Positions 25,331 through 37,103 of a stretch of 64,000 nt of DNA are shown here, piece after piece. Source of the DNA: Alloascoidea hylecoeti (Eukaryota); NCBI GenBank assembly GCA_001600815.1, contig BCKZ01000002.1, positions 248,001 to 312,000 on the forward strand. The letters are read 5' to 3'. The translations under genes were made by a program, and so were the position numbers. Under the pieces are notes generated by a model that saw only the letters and a program-made list of their open reading frames with translations, did no database searches and had not been told where the DNA came from. The stretch's first letter is position 1. Every line of letters begins with the position of its first letter.

Positions 25331-25793
25331 TAGAAACCTGTAGAATACTACTACCAATAAAGAAGACCATTAAGGTCATTTACTTGATTTAGGCCATACA
25401 TCTATTAAGTATTAGTTTACACTATGAACAAACTGCTTGCCTACTTTTTAAGCTATATGATCCTCCATGTGATACAATATTGCTCCACCAAGCTGATAAA
25501 TAAATATCCACACACATTAGGCCAAAAAATAAAGGGAAATCTTGTATTCAGCATGGCCGAACATCGGTGCACGAATATTTAGAGTATCACATGGCCAAAA
25601 CGTATCATGTGGTCCAAGTGACCGAAAGTAAGTGTAAGTCGATGCACAGTACGCAGGATGGGTGAATGCATATAAGTAGTTTGGTGATAACTTAACGTCA
25701 ATCCTTTAAGTTGATGACCAATTACCTAGAGCCTATGTTCGTGGGTCTAGAGTCGTGGCCAGAAAAGTATGCTGGAAATGTGCATCTAGCGAT

Positions 25794-25829
25794 GTGTGCT
25801 GACTGTGGTTTACGTGCTGATTGTGGTTT
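25794..25829. repeat. Two-copy 19-bp-period tandem repeat (gtgctgaytgtggttt)
   Basis: gtgctgactgtggtttac followed by gtgctgattgtggttt. Confidence 0.8.
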
Positions 25830-26129
25830 CCATCCTGGAAAGACCCCTTTTATGCGGCTGGTTCTAGGATGGAGTTTCTGACCCACACTTGGAGATTCAT
25901 AGTCATTATTTATTGAAGTCTATAAAAAAATTGGCTCCTACATGAGCCGAGATTATAAATATTTAACATATGAATTAGGTATAGAATGAACAGAGGCTTA
26001 AATAAGACGTGTGTATGTGTCAATAATAAACCCTAAATCTTAACATATACTTATAGTTCTTAATTTTATACAATGACATGTTTAATTAATAAAAAGAATG
26101 TTTCAATTGTCCAGAGAATACCCCAAATG

Positions 26130-26975
26130 GACACATTATAGGATAAGTTGTGCAGACGAGTGGGCCAACCAAGAGGCAAAAAATCATCTTGAGATTTCAT
26201 ACCGTAAAACATTAAAAATATCCAACTCCATATCAAAATGTCACCATAAAAATGACCAGAAAAATTTAGAAGACGCTACTCTACATGTGTGGCTAATCCT
26301 ATGAAAAATTCAAGCAATACTCAGGAAATGGCAGAGTTTGGTTGAGAGTTTGGTTGAACCCCAGATAGACCACAAACTCGTGCCGTTGATGAGTATATCG
26401 AAACCCGTATTTTAAACAAGTTAGATAATAGCAGAAGCTTCAAAAAATCTGTGAACGGGGCCATATGGGTAACAGTCTGACAGATGGTTATTTGCAGATG
26501 GTTATTTGCAGATGGTTATTTGCCTTTAATAATCGACATGCTGAATTAAAAAAATCCAAATACATTTAAAAAGGACTAGTATACTCCCATTAAATTCAGA
26601 AGAAGTTTTGAAAAAGTGCAATGGAAAAATCATGACTAAATAGATTTAAAATACGTCTATTTCATAAGAAAGAATTACAAAGAGGCTGAAAAACAAAATA
26701 TGAAGGCCGATTTGGTGGAATAATATACTAGATTTCTGATGAGAGCTCATCGGCTGCATACTTATATTTGAGTCCCACAACGCTACTTTCATGTAATCTG
26801 CTAGAGCCACGCAAAGCACTCCACTGGAAAACTTGGACAGATCATCTTCTAGATTTAATTCAGGTGTGAGGGGGGTTTCCAAGAGAGTATCAATTCTTAA
26901 CATTGACAGAATCGTGGGAATGGTGATGTGGAGAAGCTGCACCATATTTACGACGTATTCCACCTGCTGAACAAC
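26130..26975 (+). repeat. Decayed coding-derived repeat, family A, copy 1
   Basis: Collinear with 55530-56618, including exact agaagacgctact (26268/55640) and a 23-bp exact acgacgtattccacctgctgaac (26950/56592). Confidence 0.85.
26481..26523. repeat. 14-bp tandem repeat x3 (cagatggttatttg)
   Basis: Three perfect units read directly from the sequence. Confidence 0.95.
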
Positions 26976-27273
26976 GCCAAATTTTAAATAATATGTGGTA
27001 CGTATATAATTATGTTATACCGGAGCTAAATAAGGTCGTAACTTCCAAATATTCTACGCTTATCTTTATTTAATAATCTCATTATATATTATTCATAAAA
27101 ATACAAAACTATAGCTAGCGGCAAATATATGCTTATATATTGGGGTGTAATATTGCAATTGCTATATATTCACTAAAAATTAAACCCAATAATATTACAT
27201 ACAAATTAAAAAGAAATCCTTATCCCTTATAGACAACAGATCTATAATCATAAAATAACATATTAATGTTACA

Positions 27274-28149
27274 TCAACTTTTATTAATCGTGTGTTTTAC
27301 ATGATTGTAATTGTGTGAATTACCATATCCATTCCCTCTTCTATACCTCTGAAGATTTTGTTGTTGTAATACAGCAGGAATTTTCCTCCTTCTAGCATTA
27401 ATAAACCAGTTTGACAGTTGGCTTGGAGTTAACCCAGTTTTGCTTATCAGCTCAGATTTTTCCTTTTCAGTGGGATATGGATGAGATAGATGTTCCCTAA
27501 ACCATCTCATTAACAAACTTGTAACAGCCTTTGGAAGGTTAGACCTTCTCTTCTTCAAAATATGTGATGAGTTCAAAGTTTCGTTAGTCTCTATTCCTGT
27601 TACTTTCATTTTTGTTTGCTCTTCGGGGGAAGAGAAGGAGATTCTAGGATGCAGAAAACTTTTATCTTTATAAGTGAATTCAGATCTAGGACGTTCAATT
27701 CGAGAAATAGGAACTTCGAAAGGAGGTGATGGTGAAGAGTAAAGATCCTGGCAATCATGAGATGCAATATAAACAGGAAAGATTGGCTTGGGAAGAGAAA
27801 GCTTTTTAGATTGTTCTGAGAGCTGAGAAAGGAGAATCAAATTCTGTTCTTCGACATTGTGTGAAATTGGTCTAAGATTATTTTGTCCCAACAGAGATGA
27901 AGTAAATTGAATCTGAGGCTTAATATCAGAAAAAAGCTCTGAAATTGGAGGTAAAGAGATAGTTCTCTTAGCATTATATCGAGCGCGACTAGAGGATAAT
28001 ATACTATTTACCTCTTCTCTACTCAAAGTGGAATGAGATAGTACCCTTGGTGATTCTCCTGATATGTATAAATTCCTTTCCGATTCCTTGAACATCTGAT
28101 TCTGCAGTGGCTTAAATATGGGGCGTTGTGAAGTGCTATGTAATAACAT
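27274..28149 (-). CDS. CUP9: TALE-class homeodomain transcription factor (Cup9/Tos8 family)
   Basis: KKRRSNLPK..LMRWFREHLSHPYPTEKEK..TGLTPSQLSNWFINARRRKI, plus an N-terminal SLPPISEL motif. Confidence 0.9.
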   Translation of the reverse strand: MLLHSTSQRPIFKPLQNQMFKESERNLYISGESPRVLSHSTLSREEVNSILSSSRARYNAKRTISLPPISELFSDIKPQIQFTSSLLGQNNLRPISHNVEEQNLILLSQLSEQSKKLSLPKPIFPVYIASHDCQDLYSSPSPPFEVPISRIERPRSEFTYKDKSFLHPRISFSSPEEQTKMKVTGIETNETLNSSHILKKRRSNLPKAVTSLLMRWFREHLSHPYPTEKEKSELISKTGLTPSQLSNWFINARRRKIPAVLQQQNLQRYRRGNGYGNSHNYNHVKHTINKS

Positions 28150-31100
28150 TAGTGAAGAAATATGGTGCTAATAGATGAGTATAGAATGATAAATTATGGA
28201 AATTCCTGGGAATAAAATGAAGATTATCTCCATATATATATATCTATAGCTCGTTCAACTATTATCAATCTAAGTATGGATCTCTACCCCTGTTTGCAGG
28301 ATATCCCATAGCCACCCCAGAAAAAGCGAAAAGTTTAAATCTTTAGAACTCCAAAACTATAATTATGCTTTAGCGTTTATATGCAAAGTTTGAAAAATGG
28401 ACAAGTCCAAGATTGTTATAATTAACATACGTTTATAAATTTATATATTTCGCGGATCCTAGTGATACTTTTCGCTCGTATTAATTATCAATGATAAAGT
28501 AGATATTTATGAATATTAATTAATAATTTAAAATATACCTACAACTAGTGCAATCCATATGTTGGGTGCTTAATTTCTAATGACAAGCAAATAATTTTTG
28601 TAGCCGTTTATTTATTGATTTCATTCAAGGATAATTAGCTATAGGAGTTGAAATTAAAGCTTATAATTATAAATTAATGCCCATATAGTATATGTATTCT
28701 TTTCTATTTAATAAGTTGCGACCAAACAGATTTTGTCCTATATATATTTAATTATATCAACATTAGTTATACACTCTAAGCTTATAGCTAATTGAATAAA
28801 TTTTTGGAGCAATAGAGAAGAAATTTTGCGAATGAAATCCAGCCCTTAAATTTAAACTTTTCTTTCAATGGTGATCGATCGACAACATATTTATAATGCA
28901 GTTGTGTAAATATTTATTAGGAATACTTTTATTCAAACAATATTGATTAACTGTTGCGATTTTCTGTAAAACTAGAACAATCAATATTCCTTGCGATCGA
29001 TATTTCCGCCAGACCCATGTTAATATTATATGTGCATGATAGTTTTATTTTCCTGTTTCCCACGAATATAATTGCTTATAACAATATAACCACTGCGTTC
29101 TGGTTATCATATATAAGCCTTAGAATGCCTAATATCTTGATTATCTTGAAATAATTGTGAGGATATTAATTAAAATAAAGTTAATTAACTGTGTATCAAT
29201 TTCTCTCTTTTCTCTATTTTAATAAATTTCCAATTAAAATTAATAAGGAACTACAACATATGTCATAGATGAGGAAATTACACTTAATTTGAAAAACTTC
29301 TATACATATGCATCATCTTTCTTATGTAAAGTATATGTTGCTTTGTTATATTCAAAAAAGATTCATTTATTCTTTCTTAGGGATACCACAATTTTTATGT
29401 ATATTTTCCAATATCAATATATATATCAACTAAAGTATTTTGATATTAACATTTCCCAATCTATTTCCAAGAGTATTGATCGATTGTCTATATAACTAAT
29501 AAAATAGCAGAGTTAACAACATTCACCGCAGGTTTCCGACGTATCTTCTGTGGATAATTCATATATTTGAATATGAACAAAAATTACGTTTAGGACATGA
29601 TTGTTGTTTCAAACCTAGTACCTGGGTATGTACATGTATATCACATATCATTAGGGTGTCTAATACTTGGATACATACTTATATTTGTATATAAAATGAA
29701 AGTAAAATTTATTTAAAGCTGATGATATATATAATCAACTGTTCTAAAATTTAGTAATTCAGGAAATTTCAAATATATATGGTGAGACATTGATATAACA
29801 AAATTACAAAAATATTGATGAAACTAGCTGGGTTATACTCAAATATTATATAGCTATACCGATATATAAGCTTATATATGCGTGCTGTTAAGTAAAACTC
29901 TGATCTCCATTTAAATATAAAACCTTATGAAATATGATGGTATAACTCATACCTATATGTCATTTTGGCTAACCCCATTCAACGAAACTTTACAAGGGTC
30001 AGTAGGGCTCTTTAGGTTTACAATTAGACTCGTATTAACAGATGAATCACATTGTAATGAACTTTAATACAGTGACGTACACTTATATAAGATCTTATAA
30101 GCTTATTTTTAAAAGCTTTTTGAGAATCAACGGCATTGACGTTTATGCATGCACCAGATAAATCATACCATGGCCATAATTACAAATAATCGTACCTAGA
30201 GTTTAGATTTGGTGGTGTTAGCTAGAAGCAATATGTTCATACATCTTTATATGATTATGATTTATTCAATCTACACGTTTAAAAGTAACGTTACAGTAAC
30301 TCAAGGCCAGTATAATTATATTAGATGGCATAGTTAATTAAAGTTAAACTTGTATTTAAATTCACATACACATATGGCTATTTCGAGTTGTAGGCACGGC
30401 TTGCAGTCTGACCTAAAATTGTAGCCGCAGCTTAATTAAGATATTTCCCGTATATCAATAATAATTTCAATCAATATAGTGCGGGACACTTAAGATGAAC
30501 AATTTTTAAGAACATCAAAAGTGTCCTGCACCATATATTAATATTCTTTTTCAGTTTTTTAATTAACACATTTACTGTACCATATGGCAACCCAAACGAC
30601 TAATTATATATAATCACGTATACAGATGCATGGTTAAATATTCAGGTTTTTCAAACATCCAACGATATATATTGTTTGACCTATCCGTATTTTAGTGATT
30701 CGTTGTATTTCAACTACAAAAATAGATATCATAGCTAGTTCTTGTGATCCCATAGACAGAGAAAACTATGCATATGCATATGTAATGTGTTTACACTCCA
30801 GATGGGGATGTACGTAGGGACTGGTGAAATATATACCGGTAGATAATTTCAGAGTATACTATAATTATGGTTACATCTATTCAGTAGATACAGACGTTCT
30901 TTCACCACTCCATAACATTCTAAAGTGGTAATAATGAAAAGCAACTTAAGTAGTAAAAAGGCTAGAAGCGCTAAATGTGTAGAACAAATTGCATTTAGAT
31001 CGAACACACCTAGTTCAAAGATTACTATGCATAGAAAAATCGCGTAACCCATTTAACTCTTTTTCTCAGAAAGAATGATGGACACTCTTCGGCGGGGGTA

Positions 31101-33879
31101 AGCGAAAAATACAAATTGCTTATAAACTTAGAGAAAGACTTACTAATTCATTGGTTTTTTGTGCTAGAATGGGAATTTGGACTAACATGGTCCAGATCCC
31201 GTTTTATCGCATCGGTGAATGAATTGACATCGATTGTCCGGAAATACACAACAGTCCCGGGAGGAGAACAAACCCCGCATAAATGATAATAATAAAGCCA
31301 TTGCACATATAATTAATCATTCATATAGATCTAAATGGTGTACTCTTAAAATTTCGATGAATTCAAAGTATTGTTTGGAATTAAGATTATAGATATAAAT
31401 TGGGTATATCAATAAAAATCGGACTTTTATATTATAGACCCATATTTGACATTTTGGCAAGTTTAAGTTAATCTAATCTAAAGGGAAACCTTAAGCTTAA
31501 TATTAATTGCAATTTGGAAGAAAAAATATTATAAATATCATATATGAGAGTATATATCGATGATTACTATGCGCTAATTAAATATAATGAAAATTGCCCT
31601 GGAGTTTTGGACATTTCTTTTAGTTAGAACTTTTATATAATAATTTTAATTATTCAAATGAATGCTTTTATTTTCCTTTCCCGTAGCTAGTGAATATTTG
31701 TTAGCTATATGTAGAATTCGAACTCATTTGAACATTTATATTTATAGTTTTTAAAGAACATTCTATGCTATTTTTTTTCATTTACTGAACACATCATTTA
31801 TATATTTTAAAACTGGAATTGTATGATAATAAGTTGCGGTGATAAAATATAATTTTGAAATATATTAAACGTTTATTATTAATTTCAGGCCAACTTTAAA
31901 TAGACTCAGAAACATTTTGCATTCATTTTATAACCTTAGAGTTAGGACAAAGTAAACAAAAGGGGGGGATAGAATTGAGTATATTTTGGATTTAAAAAAA
32001 TAAATATATATATATATTTATAATATTTATTTATGTTATGTTATATTATAAATATATATATAAGTATATCTTGTCTATAACTGTTACGTGAGATTTTGTG
32101 GATTGTAAGATTCTTACCTTCTGCAGGTGTTCTATAAGCGCTAAGATGCAGGGATACTTGTACATATCTTAATTATATATATAAGAGAAGCGATACAAAT
32201 ATTAATCAATATTCAATATTAGTACCATAAAGGAAAACTATTGCCATTATCATTAATATATTATAATGCTAAGTCCCTATAGATATAGATAGATAGATAT
32301 ATATCTATGGTACATCATATATTCGTATAGCTTCCTATATAAAATAAGCACTTAAGCTTAGAGTAGGTAGCAGTACAGAACAATATTGAAACCAAATATT
32401 ACGCATATATGTGCAAAATTCTTATATCGTTTTTACATTTTAGATTAAAGTTAGCATTTAATTCATGATCACTTGATTGGAATTGATTGCAAGGTACTAA
32501 GGTTATATGCATATGTATGAATATTCCATAATGATAATTATACATAAACTTTTGATAGAATATTAAATCTTGCTATATTAGACTTGAAATCAAATAAATA
32601 TAAGTTTAATAAATAAATTTGAGTTGATTTATATTGCAAAATTTCATCTGGAAGTTCACCGTCGCATTAAATGCTATTTTAAATCCATGGGCCTAAACTG
32701 ATTTTTCATGTGGCTGACCTGGAGAAAATGTGATTTTAACAATCCTCATATCCGAATTGATATTCAAAATGCATTTAATTAGCTATAAAATTGTAATAAA
32801 TAGAGTAAAAAGAAGTATTCTTCTATAATTATGATTACTTCGAGGTTGGTCGTATCGATATACTGCGGCAGGTATAGTTATTTACTTGATTAAGTATCTA
32901 TAAGATCGATCCGGAAGCTGAATAATACATTATACTATGTATAGGATTTTGGAGTTTTGTGACAATTAGCTAAGTAGTATTAATTTAAGGTTTTTAATAT
33001 AGTTAGATCTTAATATCAGATAAATATTGGTAAACATATATTATAAATAATTATAGCTGATTTTCATTAATTCTATATATAGAATCGAAACTTGTAGTAA
33101 AATGCCCCTTACAAAACATTTAATATCTCTTGATATTCAGCTCTCTTAAAATTTTCGTAATATAACTATGCAATACATCGAGACTCTTGAATATCTATTA
33201 AATAGAATTGTAATCAGGTGATAAATCTTGCAATTGAGATATTGATCAGTACCTTATAATAGGTATTAAATCCTCTGTAGCTAGTTTTTAGTTCCAAATA
33301 TATCGTCCTCTTCCTATAATACTTTACTACTATTTTCTCGTAACTTTTGGTTTAAAAAGCTCAAACGTATATAGAGTATGCGACTATACGTACTGTAGGT
33401 AGAAATCCTGTAGTGATATAAAAAAATTGAATTCGTAAATTTACAACTTCCTACTATAATCATCATGTTGTATTTTACTTTTTACCTTCCAAATTTATCG
33501 CCCACAAGATAGACTATATGCATGCAGGTATGCTACAGTGTGAATTATGTATTGATGGAGGTGTTATATGCATAATTGTATAGGGTAGTTGGGGACCTTA
33601 ATACTCCGCTCCTTGTAGCTCAGTAGCCGGTAATATTATTACCATTTTTATTTGGAGTGATGACCCAAAAAAGAAGCTGGATTTTAGACTTGGCCAAGCT
33701 GTAGGTGTTGAATCTTTGAGGATTCTTCAAGAATTATTATATGACTATCATATGAGTAGCTGTTTCAGGGATTCACCTTATTGTCATTCTTTTCTTTTAG
33801 TTTACACTGTTTCCGTCTTTTAATATAAATTCATTGAGCGACTGCTCTGTTTCCTTTTTCATCACTATACAACTACCGA

Positions 33880-34310
33880 CAGTGGATAACCAGTACCGTC
33901 TTATGCCCTCCGAGGAGCCTATATGTCCTCAATTGGGGAGAAGATGGCGTTACACAAATTCAACCAAAGATCCTACATACACCAAAATCAAGCCGCTGAC
34001 AGTAAAAAAATACTATGTCGGCGATGATCTATGTAGCATTAGATTAACTTCTTCTAGGGGTTTAGGAAGACTGGAATGTGGCTGTTTGATCCGAACATAG
34101 AGGTTAAATCTGTTTCCATGGATACACCACTAGGAGACAGAATATTATCGAAACCCTAATCTTTTGGCCGAAAACTCACAATATGCACAATAAGCGGAGA
34201 CCGTGTTTTCAACTACTCTGCAGCATCTGCACTGAGTCTGCAGATGTCAAACAATGCGGCCACCCTTAATTATACATGGTAATGGATCTTAGACATCTGA
34301 CGGGAAGAAA
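33880..34310 (+). repeat. Decayed family A repeat, copy 3 (internally deleted)
   Basis: Ordered short matches to 55840-56410: ttatgccct, ggggagaaga, gatgatctatgt (KKY..DDLC), gaaaccc, tttggc.ga.aa, atctgacg.gaag. Confidence 0.6.
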
Positions 34311-36071
34311 TAATACTAGATACACATACACGTATACACTATATATTGTGTTATAATTGTGTTTTTACACCCACGCAATTCCTTTCTATTCTGTTTTCTA
34401 CCAATTTTTTTCAGCCAGGAACATTAAATAAATTTTAAAGAAGTTAAAATTACTATTCAATTAGTATCAGCTATCAGAGATTTCGATACTTGTCTGATGG
34501 AAGATCAAGCTTATGTGCAGTCTCGTGTAGACGTTCTATCATTATCCCACTTACTTTAGGTGCCACTATCTTGAAGTTGGGAACATGTATTTTCACTGTA
34601 GTATTGTGTATCTCTACGAATATTTTTCGTCGCTAATTAAAAGATTCAAAAAATGAAACTCTTTCGGTAAGGTATCAAAATCAACAAAATTAAAAAGATG
34701 TCTTTTTTAGCATATTATTAGTGAGCGTTATTGTCTCTTTTCTTATCACCATAAATACACATTTGTGATAGGTTATTAATTAGAAACCGGATACTTCTAG
34801 ATAAATTGTTTTTACTTCAGGGTAAATTCAATAAACCTTTTAAAATTTTGAGAGCATTGCAAATTCGCAATTGGTTTTGTTCTTTTAAGGGATTCCTTCT
34901 CTCTGTACATGTACAATAAGATAAAATCAAGTTGGGAAATAAATCTAGCCATAGGTTAATCTATTATAAATTTTTGGGAATATTCAATCTTCATATTTTT
35001 TTTTTTTTCCAATTCTGGTACTATTCTTCAAAATTTATTGAAAGACGTAGATAATCACAGCAAAACAAACTTGTCACACACATATAACATGTAAATGCAT
35101 ACGGATATGTCAAATTGAAGCTTGGATATGTAGTCGGGTTAATTCAAAATCAGTTTCCAACTCTAATATCCAACTCTAATACAGTAGAGGGATTAGAACG
35201 ATGTTTAACATACGTACTCAAGCATCAAACATAAATAATGAATTGGCTTGGATTTTACGTTCATTCGAGTACCGGTCCTTTTTACTCCATCATCGTAGAA
35301 GGCACAGGTGGAACCTCTTGAAAATCTCGAATAAATAACTACTCTTTGAATATTTTTGATGTAGCTTCGTAAATGTAAAACTATAAAGCTTATATAATGA
35401 GTTTTAAAGAAAAAGTCTATCGAAACCATTTATTTTCTCCTCCAATTTGGCTTTGCTTACAACTTCTGAAAATGATGACGTTAAATGAAGTTGGAACTCG
35501 ATGGTTGTATATTTTTATCCGAGAACTATATACTTTAAAAGCAATAAACTTTATTTTCTTGGAAGCCAAAAAAGTATTATTTAGATTTTACAAAGCAGAA
35601 CATATGCAGGTTCACGGAAACCTTTTAACACAAATACATACTAGCAGTAGTAGGTCCGGTACTCTTTAAATTTTAACTGGTTAAAACATTAAAGAAAGTG
35701 AAGCTCAAGATTAATAAGGGGGTAAAAGTATTTGTCCAAAAGGAAATAAAGGTGCTAATTGTCTTATTAAATAATATCTCCTCTCTCCCACATTTACCTT
35801 TCCTGTTACTATGTATTTTATTGGTAAGACTCCGGATTAACGTTAGCTGGTTCTTTTTGTACTCCAATTGGGGTTGCCATAGATTTTTACATAAACCTCC
35901 ACTGTTCCAAGTTCAACAAACTTATACTCACACTCCCAAAAATACATTAACATTGAACATATGACTATCCCCACAGCTTTGCTTTTACACATCAATATAA
36001 ATGAAAAACTTTTAATTAAAAATTATCTTTTGAGATACATTTACATAACATATAACGAAACTATTTTTCAT

Positions 36072-36523
36072 TTAAGCAATAGTAGACAGGATGTCAGAGT
36101 CACCAGCATCAATGATAGCCAAAACACCGACACTGAAAAATTTACCACAAGCTGTACCTAGTTCGTTGTTGCCACCTTGAAAATAGTGGACATTGGTCTT
36201 TGACAACATGGCATAGTATTCTAATTCTGATTTTCTTAAAGTTGGTGTGTTTTGAGCAATGATGATCAATTTAGCTTTACCTTGACGGAGGGATTTGACA
36301 GTACTCTTATAACCAAGGGTATATTTACCAGACTTAATAACAAGACCAAGTTTGGAATTGATGTTTTCCTGATTCTTCTTAACTTTTGGGGCCTTTATTA
36401 ATGTTAGTATTTATCGAAATAGAAAGGAAGTCAAGTCATTAATCTCAGTGGTATCTGAATCGCATTAATGACTAACATAGATCTTTGGTATGATCAAAAG
36501 TTTAGGGATATTATACTAACCAT
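36072..36523 (-). CDS. RPL30: 60S ribosomal protein eL30; ATG-only first coding exon, intron 36520-36393
   Basis: [53 protein letters not shown]. Confidence 0.98.
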
Positions 36524-36580
36524 CTCTGTGCTTTTTTATTAAAAATTTATAAGTTTAAATATGTCAAAGCACTCCGGTCT
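36518..36580 (-). promoter_or_regulatory. L30-binding kink-turn autoregulatory RNA element (5' UTR plus 5' splice site)
   Basis: GACCGGAGTGCTTT ... AAAGCACAGAGATG|GTT matches the known yeast RPL30 element GACCGGAGUG...CGCAGAGAUG|GUC. Confidence 0.9.
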
Positions 36581-36648
36581 GTTTGAATGTTTTGAATGTT
36601 TAATGTCTGCGAAGAAAAGAAATTTCACCCTAAATATTTATAACAGAG

Positions 36649-36656
36649 TTACCCGG
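36649..36656 (+). promoter_or_regulatory. Reb1-type site TTACCCGG in the RPL30/RPL24 bidirectional promoter
   Basis: Exact motif, with a Tbf1-like ACCCTAA nearby at about 36627. Confidence 0.55.
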
Positions 36657-36821
36657 ATTATTAATTCTCGGATCTTAGCGTGGTCCTTTATTTACTATAT
36701 CGGTCTGATAACTACTACAGAGTAATCTATAAAACAGTCACAGTTTCCATTTTGAGTTCAATGGACTCAACTTAACTTCAACCTTCTCTTCGACTTTGAT
36801 TTATCAATAACCATAAATTAG

Positions 36822-37097
36822 GTATGTTTCACGAACAATATAAAAACCGAATTGTTACACAGAGGTTTTAAGGGCGAATAATTTGATTGCTGAAAATTAA
36901 TTTGTAAAAACACGATTGAATGAATATGAAATTTAATGGAGATATGCAAATTAATACAAAAATCGGGAGCAGTGACTACTTAAATTTTGAGGAGTACATG
37001 GGACATTAAACCATGATATCGCTTTAAAATGTCTGTGAATATTGGAGGTTATAATAGAAAAAGTATGATGTTCAAATTCCCTAACAGTTATTTGTAG
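36822..37097 (+). other. 5'-UTR intron of RPL24
   Basis: GTATGT at 36822, CCTAAC branch point at about 37080, and TAG at 37097, 6 nt before the ATG. Confidence 0.75.
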
Positions 37098-37103
37098 ACA
37101 GCA

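Noticed and set aside
25540..25960. Possible solo LTR
   Set aside because: No clear TG...CA boundaries, target-site duplication or second copy visible in the window.
26481..26523. CRISPR-like or telomeric array
   Set aside because: Eukaryotic DNA with a direct tandem repeat lacking spacers. Only three interstitial units and no evidence for a telomeric motif.
26646..26963. 105-aa minus-strand ORF (and 56313-56579)
   Set aside because: The conserved peptide blocks between copies read on the plus strand. These ORFs are most likely antisense to the decayed family A gene.
27274..28149. Homeodomain gene as a mating-type (MATalpha2/a1) locus
   Set aside because: PYP and WFINARRR with a C-terminal homeodomain fit Cup9/Tos8. 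No SLA2, APN2 or other MAT genes are nearby.
33608..33660. tRNA-like start tccttgtagctcagtagccggta
   Set aside because: It resembles an A-box/D-arm, but no TTCRA T-loop, anticodon arm or acceptor-stem partner follows.
28954..35964. Short hydrophobic ORFs in the gene desert
   Set aside because: Ile/Leu/Phe/Tyr-rich products are expected by chance in AT-rich DNA, and many have non-ATG starts.
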